From assembly GCA_964394405.1 (NCBI GenBank), contig CAYMVY010000001.1:38546-102545 (forward strand): a stretch of 64,000 bases of DNA, written 5' to 3'. Both the position numbers and the translations under genes were made by a program. This document shows positions 52,081-61,363 of the stretch, one piece after another. Each line of letters opens with the position of its first letter. Position 1 is the stretch's first letter. This DNA comes from an uncultured Gammaproteobacteria bacterium. Its GTDB lineage: Bacteria > Patescibacteriota > Patescibacteriia > Magasanikbacterales > UBA922. The notes below the pieces were generated by a model, which was given only the letters and a program-made list of their open reading frames with translations, was not told the origin of the DNA and made no database searches.

Positions 52081-52818
52081 TTATTTTTTCTTTGCAGTAA
52101 GCGAAAGAAATTTCGCCTCGAGACTACTGCCGTCTTTTACAAAGTCAGACTTAGGTGCATCAGCAATAATTTTTCCCCCATCAATAATCGCAATTCGTTG
52201 ACACAATTCCTCCACTTCCTCTAGATAATGCGAGGTAAACATAATAGTTTTTCCAGCGGCATTGATTTTTTTCAAATACTCCCACAATTCAAGTCGAAGT
52301 TCTACATCGACCCCCGCAGTCGGCTCATCGAGAATCAAAAGCTTTGGATCATGAATCATAGCACGCGCAAGAAGTACTCGACGCTTCAGTCCACCTGATA
52401 ATTGCATAAATTTCTTATCTTTATGTGGTTCCAAATCCAAAATCTTAAAAAGTTCAGCAATCCTCGTTTTTCGCAAGCCCTTCGCCATGCCATAATATCC
52501 TCCCACATACCACAATATCTTTTCTGGAGTAGCAAAAATGTCCATATTGAATTCTTGCGGAGCTAAGCCTACGAGCATTCGAGCCTCTCTATAATCTTTT
52601 TCAACATCTTTGTCAAAGACTTTAATCGTTCCAGACGTAATTCGACCAATGCCCGTAATACAACTAATCGTCGTAGTTTTACCTGCCCCATTTCTGCCCA
52701 AAAACCCAAAAAACTCACCAGGTTCGACAGTCAAAGAGATACCATCAACTGCGGTAGCTTGCCCGTATTTCTTCGTAAAATTCGTTATTTCAAGCGCGTG
52801 CATAGTAAAAAAGTTCAA
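52081..52818 (-). CDS. ABC transporter ATP-binding protein
   Basis: Walker A GRNGAGKTT, signature LSGGLKRR and Walker B ILDEPTAGVD. Confidence 0.92.
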   Translation of the reverse strand: MNFFTMHALEITNFTKKYGQATAVDGISLTVEPGEFFGFLGRNGAGKTTTISCITGIGRITSGTIKVFDKDVEKDYREARMLVGLAPQEFNMDIFATPEKILWYVGGYYGMAKGLRKTRIAELFKILDLEPHKDKKFMQLSGGLKRRVLLARAMIHDPKLLILDEPTAGVDVELRLELWEYLKKINAAGKTIMFTSHYLEEVEELCQRIAIIDGGKIIADAPKSDFVKDGSSLEAKFLSLTAKKK

Positions 52819-52932
52819 AACTTAAAATTCAAAACTACAATATAAAACTTAAAACGATTCTGTAACGTTATTCCCGCGAAAGCGGGAATCTAAAGTCTTA
52901 GTTTTGAGTTAATATACAGTATACCCCGCCTA
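52819..52932. repeat. AT-rich MITE-like repeat element, copy 3 (diverged, with central GC hairpin ttcccgcgaaagcgggaa)
   Basis: gttcaaaacttaaaattcaaaactacaatataaaacttaaaacg ... agtcttagttttgagtt; same AAAACT/AGTTTT arm architecture as copies 1 and 2. Confidence 0.45.
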
Positions 52933-53652
52933 TCACAACTGCACAACCGCCCGAATCAACTCTTGAGAAACAGTATCCACCCGATATGATTTTTCAGGAT
53001 GCCATTGTACAGCATAGATTGGATAACTTTCGTGTTCAATAGCTTCAATAATTCCATCCGAGCTACGCGCAGAAATTTTCAATCCGTTCCCCAAATTCTT
53101 TACACTCTGATTATGGAACGAATTAACCATAATCTCGTTCGTATCAGGAAAAATACGCGATAAAAACGATTGTTGCTCAATAGTGACAGAATGTAATAAC
53201 TTTTCAATATCCTCTTTAGGCTGACGATGTGAAAAAGTGCCCGGTACATCATGATGTAGATTCTGATGTAGTGATCCACCAAAAAACACATTAATCACCT
53301 GCAGTCCTCGACATATTCCAAATACTGGTTTTTTCTCGGCAATCGCCGCTTCGAGAAGCCCAAATTCTATATCATCACGACAACTATATAATTGAACCGT
53401 AGAATATCGAACTTCTTCACCGTAGCGGGCCGTATTTACATCATGACCACCAGTCAAAACTACAATATCTACCATTGCAACCATAGAACGAAGCTCTTTT
53501 TTTGAAAATGTAAGAGCTGGAACTACTACAGGCAGAGCACCCTCAGCATGAAATGGATAGACTTTATAATCCTGCACAATAACTGAAGGAAGCCCAAATA
53601 CTTTCTCAGATTCCGCTTCATTATGATGAGAAGTAATAAGAATTTTTTTCAT
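52933..53652 (-). CDS. Class I glutamine amidotransferase-like / peptidase C26 (PuuD-like) hydrolase
   Basis: Catalytic Cys in PVFGICRGLQVIN; His/Glu in VQWHPE. Confidence 0.8.
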   Translation of the reverse strand: MKKILITSHHNEAESEKVFGLPSVIVQDYKVYPFHAEGALPVVVPALTFSKKELRSMVAMVDIVVLTGGHDVNTARYGEEVRYSTVQLYSCRDDIEFGLLEAAIAEKKPVFGICRGLQVINVFFGGSLHQNLHHDVPGTFSHRQPKEDIEKLLHSVTIEQQSFLSRIFPDTNEIMVNSFHNQSVKNLGNGLKISARSSDGIIEAIEHESYPIYAVQWHPEKSYRVDTVSQELIRAVVQL

Positions 53653-53788
53653 ACCATAAAATCAAAATGTGGCATATCACAGCCACACACTCAAATAAGA
53701 GTATCACCAACTAGTGGCTCCGTCAATTCTCATCGAGAGACGTATCCATCCTGACAAATAAAATGCCAAACATACTAAAAAATAAAAA

Positions 53789-54463
53789 TTATACCCCTCG
53801 TGCTTGAAGCACCACTTTAATCGTACGACACAGTATACGTAAATCTTTTATCAAAATATCGAAACCCCGATGCGTCATGACAAAATCAATATAGGCAGAG
53901 TCAACTGCTTGCTGATTGGTACCTGTACGTAAACCTTTTTCAGCTTGAAAAGGCCCCGTAATGCCGCATACCATACGTTCCTTGGTATAGTCCCCTGCCT
54001 CTTTCAACCTCTCTGAATTTTCGACATTGGTTGGCCGAGGGCCTACAAGCGTCATCTCTCCGTGTAGCACATGAAAAAGTTGAGGTAACTCATCCAAATA
54101 AATTTTCTTCAACAGTCGCCCATAGTATGTGAGATTCTCTGGATTCTGTTCCAAAGGTTTTGTATGCACCACTCGACCAAGACTCCGCTCACGATCAATA
54201 ACTGATTGTTTAAAAATACGAATTTTACACAGACGAAACGGCCTTCCGCCCGAAACTCTGGTCTCGCAATACAACAAAGGGCCGCGTGATTGGGGTAGGA
54301 TGAGCTGTTCGAGTAAAATCCAAAATAATAATACAAGAAAAAAAGGAAGACCCAGGATTAACAAAAAAAACGCAACAACCAAATCAAAACTGCGTTTAGT
54401 GATAGGGAGAGTGACTTTTTCTATCATAGACGATACTGGATTAAAAATGTGACTAAATCTCAA
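53789..54463 (-). CDS. Bacterial sugar transferase (undecaprenyl-phosphate hexose-1-phosphate transferase family)
   Basis: One TM followed by the Bac_transf domain (DELPQLFHVLHGEMTLVGPRP). Confidence 0.85.
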   Translation of the reverse strand: MRFSHIFNPVSSMIEKVTLPITKRSFDLVVAFFLLILGLPFFLVLLFWILLEQLILPQSRGPLLYCETRVSGGRPFRLCKIRIFKQSVIDRERSLGRVVHTKPLEQNPENLTYYGRLLKKIYLDELPQLFHVLHGEMTLVGPRPTNVENSERLKEAGDYTKERMVCGITGPFQAEKGLRTGTNQQAVDSAYIDFVMTHRGFDILIKDLRILCRTIKVVLQARGV

Positions 54464-54951
54464 TCAACCTTCTCCTGCGAATTCTTAATAAATGGAACAA
54501 AACAAAAACTTGCAATCAAAGCACCAATACCATTACTCACGAGATCAAGCCAGGTATCAAAAATGCCAAATGCAAATATGATACCGTAATAATTTTGGAA
54601 AAAAAATTCAATAATTTCATTGATGACACCGAGCAAGGTAACGACAAAAAAACTAAACACAAAAAACTGAAACCGCCTAATCGATAATCTACTATCTCTC
54701 ACAACTAAAAAACATACCATAAATGACAGGAAGCCCCCACCAAAAATATGGAGAATTCTATTACTAAGTTCATAATTGGGAACAACCGAGCTAACCAAGA
54801 AGACAAAAAAACTAAACACAATAATATACAAAATTGAATATACTGATGTATGAGTGAGCGGTGTTATCGTATTCTTAAAGAAAAAAGAAAATACAAAAAA
54901 TAGTACGACATACGCAAGGCACATTCCAAATGTTACTAATAGTAAAAACAT
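54460..54951 (-). CDS. Integral membrane protein (VanZ-like?)
   Basis: 163 aa with 4-5 TM helices. Confidence 0.4.
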   Translation of the reverse strand: MFLLLVTFGMCLAYVVLFFVFSFFFKNTITPLTHTSVYSILYIIVFSFFVFLVSSVVPNYELSNRILHIFGGGFLSFMVCFLVVRDSRLSIRRFQFFVFSFFVVTLLGVINEIIEFFFQNYYGIIFAFGIFDTWLDLVSNGIGALIASFCFVPFIKNSQEKVD

Positions 54952-54960
54952 AGAAAAAAA

Positions 54961-55503
54961 CTACCGTACAAAACACTTCCTGCACAATGGTTCGTAGGTG
55001 AAGGTTCCATCATCAGGAATAACCGGCGGCATTCCACCCATCAGAGGCTTACCACTAGTATAAATCTGTGTATACACTGCAGTAAAATTCTTACAATCAT
55101 TGCATACTGCCCGCTTATACTTCACCTCACGAGGCCCCAGCTCAAATAATTTTTTGGTCATGTCAAATAATTCCCCTCGATAATCAGTATCAAGCCCAGA
55201 CACAATCACATCAGTCCCCCGTGACAAAAGCTCTCCAATATATCGAGCGTCACTCGGCTCAAACATATGGATTTCATCAATCCCCACCAGAGACAAATCT
55301 TCATTCAAAATCTCTTGAAGAGATTTTATTTTCTTTGCCTGAATAAACAATCCGCTCCGAGATTCAATTCCCGTATCCCGTATATTCCGCTCTGGCTGAT
55401 ACAAGGCAAATTTTGACGTCGTATACTGAAGTGGCGAAAAATGACTAATAAGGTCAAACGATTTTCCGCTTTTCATGGGTCCAAGAATGAGGGTGAGATG
55501 CAT
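54961..55503 (-). CDS. tdk: Thymidine kinase
   Basis: P-loop ILGPMKSGKS and the C-terminal zinc ribbon CNDCK...CRKC. The start was set at MHLTLI. Confidence 0.85.
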   Translation of the reverse strand: MHLTLILGPMKSGKSFDLISHFSPLQYTTSKFALYQPERNIRDTGIESRSGLFIQAKKIKSLQEILNEDLSLVGIDEIHMFEPSDARYIGELLSRGTDVIVSGLDTDYRGELFDMTKKLFELGPREVKYKRAVCNDCKNFTAVYTQIYTSGKPLMGGMPPVIPDDGTFTYEPLCRKCFVR

Positions 55504-55564
55504 ATGGGGGTATAATTTTCCAAAAAATCTATTACCACTACAATAGTGTACCACGGCGTACAAA

Positions 55565-55599
55565 TAAAAAAAGTCCCGACTGAGTCGGGAACCGTTTTT
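55565..55599. terminator. Bidirectional intrinsic terminator carrying the palindrome gtcccgactgagtcgggaac
   Basis: aaaaaaagtcccgactgagtcgggaaccgttttta; the same stem is present in reverse orientation at 20652-20668. Confidence 0.6.
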
Positions 55600-55854
55600 A
55601 TTCTTCGATTATTCTGCAGTTTCTGTTTTTGGCTCTGCAGTTTCATCTGTCTCTTCGACTTCTTCAGCTGCTGGAGTTACCACCTCTTCGGTAGTTTCTT
55701 CTGTATTTTGTTCGTCTGTCATATAGAGTATATGATTGTCTGTCGTTCCAATAGGATAATCGATATACCAATTGAATTGTACAGCTGAATAAGATCTTTA
55801 CTAACCATACTCTCATTAATAGGTACTGTCAACAAAAATCAATACAAAAGCAAC

Positions 55855-56625
55855 CTAACTTTTGGGAGGTAGTGGAATAAACATGCTCGTTTGTCTTTTG
55901 TATGCTGCAAAATCAGGATGCTGCTCCATTTTCTTTTCAAGCATGGGTATTCCAGAAACTTTGAGAATAAGAATAGTGATTACCCCAGGACCGATAATCC
56001 CATACCAGCCATACAGAGAATTAAGTGTGATAAGCCATATACCCCACCACTGAGTAACTTCACCAAAATAATTTGGGTGTCTCGTGTATCGCCACAAACC
56101 AGATCTCATGAGCATTCCCTTATTCCGTGGATCACGCAAAAATGCTACGAGCTGTGCATCACCTACAGACTCAAAAAAGAAACCAATCCCCCAGATCAAT
56201 ACACCCAAGTACTCGATAAATCCAAAAAGAGAAGTGTTGGGGTGAGCGTTGAATACTATAACTGGAAATACGATCAGATACAACAAAAAACCTTGCAACA
56301 GGTACACCTGAGCATAGGACCGAGGATAAAACCACTTCCCCCACTCCTCTCGCCATGCACGATATCGATAATCTTCGGTCTTACCCTTGTTTCGTGCATG
56401 AATATGCCAAGCAAGACGAATACCCCAGATGGTTATCAGTATTCCAATCACCAGACTATGTACCGATGAAGAATCTGAAAGTGCAAAAGAAATCCAGGTG
56501 AGCAAAACAAATCCCAATCCCCATGCAATATCTGCGACATCATTTCTTTTTTTCAATACCGAAATACCAAACCACGCCGTCATGTATACCAACAACACGA
56601 GACCTAGAATCACATAATAATTCAT
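55855..56625 (-). CDS. DUF1295/ICMT-like membrane protein (steroid-5-alpha-reductase/isoprenylcysteine methyltransferase fold)
   Basis: Multi-TM protein with YTRHPNYFGE motif. Confidence 0.6.
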   Translation of the reverse strand: MNYYVILGLVLLVYMTAWFGISVLKKRNDVADIAWGLGFVLLTWISFALSDSSSVHSLVIGILITIWGIRLAWHIHARNKGKTEDYRYRAWREEWGKWFYPRSYAQVYLLQGFLLYLIVFPVIVFNAHPNTSLFGFIEYLGVLIWGIGFFFESVGDAQLVAFLRDPRNKGMLMRSGLWRYTRHPNYFGEVTQWWGIWLITLNSLYGWYGIIGPGVITILILKVSGIPMLEKKMEQHPDFAAYKRQTSMFIPLPPKS

Positions 56626-57074
56626 ACACTAATTTTAGTAGCAATAAGATAGACAATGACGGACACAGAGGCTGACAATACTGCGCCCCATATAAGGTCG
56701 ACAATAGTGACATTCAGAGGCCAATCTCTGATTGTAGCGAGGTTGGTCAAATCATACGTAGCATAAGTGATCAGACCAAATAATGCTCCATACACCAGCG
56801 CATGTACCCACGATCCTTTGGCAAGTGCCGGAGAAATAACAAATACGACGAGTCCAAAAATAAATAGAAGATAAAAAATAATTGCAGCAATCCAATTCAC
56901 ATGTGTTTTCATCAGAAAACCCAAATGTTCACGATAAAAATTTTTTGCAACCAATCCGAGCCATATCATGTCGATAGCAAAAAAGACTGGTAATGCGATA
57001 GCGTATAATTTAGCAAGCATAGAGATCAGTACACATAAAAATAATAACGGTATCATACCAAAAAACCGCCACAT
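56622..57074 (-). CDS. Integral membrane protein, hypothetical
   Basis: 150 aa with 4 TM helices. Confidence 0.5.
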   Translation of the reverse strand: MWRFFGMIPLLFLCVLISMLAKLYAIALPVFFAIDMIWLGLVAKNFYREHLGFLMKTHVNWIAAIIFYLLFIFGLVVFVISPALAKGSWVHALVYGALFGLITYATYDLTNLATIRDWPLNVTIVDLIWGAVLSASVSVIVYLIATKISV

Positions 57075-57092
57075 GGGCGATTTTTTGTGTTT

Positions 57093-57515
57093 CTATTTTT
57101 TATTCGCTTCAGCTGCAGCTTTCTCGTCCATATAAAATACTTCCCATACATGCCCATCCAAATCCTCAATATCCCGAGCATACATCCAACCATAGTCTTG
57201 TGGGGGCACTGGTTCAGTAGCCCCAGCAGCAAGAGCTTTTGCAAGAAATGCATCCACCTCTTCCCTACTATCGACAGATAGGGCATTCAGAACTTCTACC
57301 TGCCGTTTTGCATCAATAATTTCTTTTTTAGTAAAATCTTTAAATCTTTTCTCCACCAAGAGCATGGCAAATATATGGTCACTAATAATCATACATGTTG
57401 CATTCTCATCCGTGAATTGTGGGTTGAAAGTAAACCCAATCTTAGTAAAGAATTCAATAGATTTCTGCAGATCCTTCACAGGTAAATTTACAAAAATTTT
57501 TTTGGCCATAATCAA
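57093..57515 (-). CDS. VOC/glyoxalase-bleomycin-resistance family protein
   Basis: 140 aa with a paired beta-alpha-beta-beta-beta module pattern (KKIFVNLPVKDLQKSIEFFTKIGF). Confidence 0.65.
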   Translation of the reverse strand: MIMAKKIFVNLPVKDLQKSIEFFTKIGFTFNPQFTDENATCMIISDHIFAMLLVEKRFKDFTKKEIIDAKRQVEVLNALSVDSREEVDAFLAKALAAGATEPVPPQDYGWMYARDIEDLDGHVWEVFYMDEKAAAEANKK

Positions 57516-57550
57516 GATTAAAAACTAATAAATAACACAAAAACTGTAAC

Positions 57551-57582
57551 ACAAAACACTGGTAGATGCCAGTGTTTTGAAA
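57551..57582. terminator. Intrinsic terminator closing island E
   Basis: acaaaacactggtagatgccagtgttttgaaa. Confidence 0.55.
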
Positions 57583-57845
57583 ATGCTTCCAGTTGAGACT
57601 TATGCTCCAAATGTCTTATTGCGCGTACGCTTGCCCACAGCTACCGGATCTCGGAAAGCTTTGGGAGGAGTCTGTAATTTCCGAGTGTCAAAAGAATGTC
57701 CTGATTTCTGTTCTAGGTTACTATATTGTTCATTTTTCTTCAACGTATCAAGATGATTTTTATACCATTTTTTCATATAAAAAAATATTGTGTGCATCGC
57801 CCCCACGATCCCGAGAGATCATGGAGGCGCTGCTCTAGATGGAGC

Positions 57846-58049
57846 CTAGAACCCGAAACGGGAGCGGATCCAGTTCCACACACCCTTGGAGGGCTGCTGA
57901 TTGGACGGGGTGACCGCCGTGCTCTTCTGGTCGGGAGTGGCGAGCGCACGCAAGATGTCGGCGTCGGGCGACGGGGACACCTTGAGATTGCTGTTCGACG
58001 AGGTCGACTGGCGGAGACGGGACTGACGGAGTTCCCTGGAGTTGGACAT
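57846..58049 (-). CDS. Small S/T-rich protein E2 of GC-rich island E (68 aa), similar in composition to island B small proteins
   Basis: MSNSRELRQSRLRQSTSSNSNLKVSPSPDADILRALATPDQKSTAVTPSNQQPSKGVWNWIRSRFGF. Its own promoter lies upstream; the first ATG of the track ORF lies upstream of the predicted TSS. Confidence 0.45.
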   Translation of the reverse strand: MSNSRELRQSRLRQSTSSNSNLKVSPSPDADILRALATPDQKSTAVTPSNQQPSKGVWNWIRSRFGF

Positions 58050-58155
58050 CGTGGCACCATTTCCGGAGCGAGCGAATAAGAGCGCCGAGACTGACGCAAT
58101 ACTGCTACACTTCGGAGTTAAGAGCCACGAAACAAATAATTTTGAGTATCTACAC

Positions 58156-58184
58156 AATCTACCCTATAATATATGTTTTGTCAA
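58156..58184 (-). promoter_or_regulatory. sigma70 promoter (TTGACA-N17-TAGATT) for the E2 ORF
   Basis: The minus strand reads gaTTGACAaaacatatattatagggTAGATTgtg. Confidence 0.45.
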
Positions 58185-58302
58185 TCAGTCTGAAGTATAA
58201 AAACAAAAAATAATTGCTATGATAAGCAATTACTAAGAGAATCGCGACGCACCCCCCTGTAGGAAAAACAGGGAGGCGCGTTGCACAGAAGTCGTGTGTC
58301 GA

Positions 58303-58725
58303 TCAGACGCTCGAGGCGAGCATCTTCTTCCCCACCTCTTCGTCGGTCGCGCGCCGGACGCAGGCGTAGAGGGTATCGACCCACACGACGGTCACGTGGG
58401 ACACACCAGGGACGAGTCCTTCGGGTGCGAACATCCGACACGTGCGGGAGCCGCCCGGATTCTTGAAGTAGAACCAGACGCCACCATCCTCGACCCCATG
58501 CCTACGGTCCCGACAGAGCGGGTAATAGACCGGCGTCTCCGGATACTTGTTCGCCTTGTTGCTCGGGAGCGACCGCGCCTCGGCCGGCAGGAGGAAGGTC
58601 AAGCCTTCCTTGAGAAGAACGGACGGCGGTCCGTTGTCCACCGGGATGTCGAGGTGATGGAACACCTCCTTCCCACTCAGATGGCTCATCACCACCTCGG
58701 GCGTATCATCTTCAGAGACCCACAT
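58303..58725 (-). CDS. Hypothetical protein E1 of GC-rich island E (140 aa), paralog of 12253-12684
   Basis: SD acAAGGGGGtcttacATG. Shares EGLTFLLP...YYPLCRDRRHGVEDGGVWFYFKN with island A's EGKDFVTLP...YYHTTDRQPMTVCVDGRGIFPN. Confidence 0.6.
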   Translation of the reverse strand: MWVSEDDTPEVVMSHLSGKEVFHHLDIPVDNGPPSVLLKEGLTFLLPAEARSLPSNKANKYPETPVYYPLCRDRRHGVEDGGVWFYFKNPGGSRTCRMFAPEGLVPGVSHVTVVWVDTLYACVRRATDEEVGKKMLASSV

Positions 58726-58763
58726 GTAAGACCCCCTTGTGCATCATCGCCGATGATTCAGCG

Positions 58764-58792
58764 AGACCAACACAAGATAGATGAAAAAAATG
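58764..58792 (-). promoter_or_regulatory. sigma70 promoter (TTGACA-N17-TATCTT) for E1
   Basis: The minus strand reads cTTGACAaaatcatttttttcatcTATCTT. Confidence 0.45.
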
Positions 58793-58897
58793 ATTTTGTC
58801 AAGTATACAAATAAAAAAACGCCTCATCTGAGTCGCTTGTTACACTCCATATATTGGAAACTGTTCAAAAAATATTAGAGACAATGAGTGGCGTCCA

Positions 58898-59185
58898 TTA
58901 CCGATGCGGACATCCAGCCCAACAACAAGGTCGGCGCATTCCACCTGATAGTTTTGATAAAGCCTTCTCAATACGAATATTTCTCGTCTCCTGTTTTTTA
59001 CCAGACGTAACCCAACAAACCCATTCGTTCTTTGCGAGAGGTGTGATATCGTCCCATACAGCCTGTGCCTTGGGCACAGAAATCAAGGCCTTTCGCAAAT
59101 CTGCTGGAACTTGATGCACCATGCCAGTAGTAACTTTTTTATTCATAATCAAATAGTTTGTTTTGAAAAGTATATCATAACCCAA
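58898..59185 (-). CDS. YdeI/OmpD-associated family protein
   Basis: 95 aa; the C-terminal RPCCWAGCPHR motif is characteristic of the family. Confidence 0.5.
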   Translation of the reverse strand: MGYDILFKTNYLIMNKKVTTGMVHQVPADLRKALISVPKAQAVWDDITPLAKNEWVCWVTSGKKQETRNIRIEKALSKLSGGMRRPCCWAGCPHR

Positions 59186-59337
59186 ACCAACTATTCCAAC
59201 ACAAAAACACTATATTTTCATGGCTCGCGTATACGGAGGAATTCCGAACATTTTTAGCTAAACTATAAACTTTCAAAGAGGAAAAAGTTTCTCTGTTTTT
59301 TACAGAATCTTTTTTGCTCGAAAGATAAAAAATTTTA

Positions 59338-60537
59338 CTATTCGAGATCTTTTTTTACTGATTCAACCTTTTTTATTTCAAGCGGCTTTTCGTCTCGAGA
59401 AAAAGACATAATCCTACTTATATCTGACCATTCCATATTCATGTTCTCACGCAACGGATCAACATGCAGTAAGACAGTTATACCGCCTGGCCATAAAATT
59501 TGAATATCAGGGTGCTTGTACGTGGCAGATACACGGGATGGAGAGATATATCTCGTAGGACTATAATCTTCATACTTCGTTTCTATACATGCAGTAGGAA
59601 TCGACTTAGTAAAATAAAATTTTAAATCTCCCATATAAAAATTATGGAGAACTCCTCCAACTAAATTTGTCATTGGCAGATTGCCGTCCTGATCAGAAAT
59701 GTCTTCACAAGCCGGATCAAAAAGTGGTGTTAAACGTGTATCAAATGAATTTTGATTATTCAGAGGTAGTCTAAATCCGGAACCTCCGTACATGCTAAAT
59801 GCCCAGTATGGATGCCGAGGGTTATTCCAAGTTCCTTCAACCTTAAATACAAAGAAATCGTCTCTTTGTCGAACCACAGCAGTAGTTTCATCTATGTAGT
59901 CTAGATCCCAAATGCTGCTAAAATATTTACCAAGCGGACTTACTCCATCCGCAGTCTGCTTAGCAGTGCTCACAAACCACAGCTCTTTACCAGACGAAGT
60001 CGTAGTCTGAGGCTCGACTCCCCAAATTCTTGTGACCGCCAGCGTTAGCCAGTAGCCAGATGAATTTTTTTTGGAATGAATTGTTTCTATATTAAATTTT
60101 TCTATAGATGATCCTGATGGAGAAGTATAATTAGAAATCTTTTTTGTCAATATATATTCCAGTGAACTGGTCACTGAACTCGGGGCGTCAAGAAGCAGTT
60201 TTTGTTCGATTATACTTCCTGTAGAATAAATTTCTACTAGAGCGTTTTTAATCTTGAATAATTCAAAATTATAAAAAAAGAAAATACCAATAAACAAAAC
60301 TAATATGGAAATTATACAGAATAAAAAAAGTTTTGAGATACGTTTTTTTTTAAAATTCTTCATAAGAAGTATATTATCCTTAACTCTCTTTTTAAAACCA
60401 TCCATCACAAAAACAATTTCTCTCAGATTCGCCAATTTATCAAAATCATCACAATCCGCTGTTTTTTTGTTGCCACGGTCTGTCTTGTACCTGTACAGCT
60501 TAACACACCGTAAATATTTTAGAAAGTTCGAATCCAA
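59338..60537 (-). CDS. Hypothetical single-pass membrane protein with large extracytoplasmic domain (very AT-rich gene)
   Basis: 399 aa with a TM helix at about aa 68-90 (LFLFCIISILVLFIGIFFFY). About 33% GC. Confidence 0.55.
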   Translation of the reverse strand: MDSNFLKYLRCVKLYRYKTDRGNKKTADCDDFDKLANLREIVFVMDGFKKRVKDNILLMKNFKKKRISKLFLFCIISILVLFIGIFFFYNFELFKIKNALVEIYSTGSIIEQKLLLDAPSSVTSSLEYILTKKISNYTSPSGSSIEKFNIETIHSKKNSSGYWLTLAVTRIWGVEPQTTTSSGKELWFVSTAKQTADGVSPLGKYFSSIWDLDYIDETTAVVRQRDDFFVFKVEGTWNNPRHPYWAFSMYGGSGFRLPLNNQNSFDTRLTPLFDPACEDISDQDGNLPMTNLVGGVLHNFYMGDLKFYFTKSIPTACIETKYEDYSPTRYISPSRVSATYKHPDIQILWPGGITVLLHVDPLRENMNMEWSDISRIMSFSRDEKPLEIKKVESVKKDLE

Positions 60538-60675
60538 TTAACAGGAGAGAACAGGACAAAATTAAAAATAGCTAATGTAAAATATTTTTTTGTTCTTCAC
60601 TAATTCACTTCCGAACTCTTGAAAAACCAGTTTTACAGAAAAACAGGCTCTTTTGAGCCTGCTCATCCTGCTGTG

Positions 60676-60747
60676 CTCCTCGACCAGGATTCGAACCTGG
60701 AACCTACTGGTTAACAGCCAGCCGTTCTACCATTGAACTATCGAGGA
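60676..60747 (-). tRNA. tRNA-Asn (anticodon GUU)
   Basis: TCCTCGATAGTTCAATGGTAGAACGGCTGGCTGTTAACCAGTAGGTTCCAGGTTCGAATCCTGGTCGAGGAG; the anticodon loop is CTGTTAA. Confidence 0.88.
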
Positions 60748-60756
60748 ATATGGAGG

Positions 60757-60786
60757 AAGAAAAAACCCGCATCTAGCGGGATTTCA
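60757..60786 (-). terminator. Intrinsic terminator after the DoxX gene
   Basis: The minus strand reads gaaatcccgctagatgcgggttttttcttc. Confidence 0.55.
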
Positions 60787-60899
60787 TGTTCTTCTTAATG
60801 TACACGAAAACCCGATTACTCTAGAAAGTAATTATTGCAATTATTATTGTTGTTTCGATTGATTTTCATAGCATGTATTGTATATCACACACGTATTCA

Positions 60900-61355
60900 T
60901 TATGTCAACTTACCGAGCCATGCAAACTTACCGAGCCATGCATCGAGGCCCCATATTCTCCCCGCTCGGGTACAATAGAATACACACAAGACTAACATAT
61001 AGATAATATGCTCATCGACGATATACGCATGCGCATTGGGATAGGGAAAATCAAGTGCCGCGAGATAAAACAAAAACATCAATAGTGCTCCAAGTACTGA
61101 GCTCAATCGTACAAAAATCCCAAGTATGAGAGAAATTCCCAATAAGGTCAGACCCCACATGACAAAGATATTAACCATCGGGAGAACACTAGGATTCAAA
61201 AGCCAGTGATAAAACCAGACAAAACTTTTTGCTCCTTTAATATACCCTTCCGCAGACCATGCAGGATCAACAATCTTGGTAATTCCTGCATACAGCATCA
61301 ACCAACCCAATGAAATGCGCAATACTACGAGAGACAATTTTTGTTTAGCAGACAT
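60900..61355 (-). CDS. DoxX-family membrane protein
   Basis: 151 aa with 4 TM helices; RISLGWLMLYAGITKI, typical of DoxX. Confidence 0.65.
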   Translation of the reverse strand: MSAKQKLSLVVLRISLGWLMLYAGITKIVDPAWSAEGYIKGAKSFVWFYHWLLNPSVLPMVNIFVMWGLTLLGISLILGIFVRLSSVLGALLMFLFYLAALDFPYPNAHAYIVDEHIIYMLVLCVFYCTRAGRIWGLDAWLGKFAWLGKLT

Positions 61356-61363
61356 AATAAAAA

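Noticed and set aside
58217-58878. ORFs 58294..58878 (+), 58217..58441 (-), 58281..58466 (+), 57726..58079 (+), 57773..58099 (-) in island E
   Set aside because: Arg-rich antisense or overlapping frames. The minus-strand E1 and E2 frames have promoters and SD sites.
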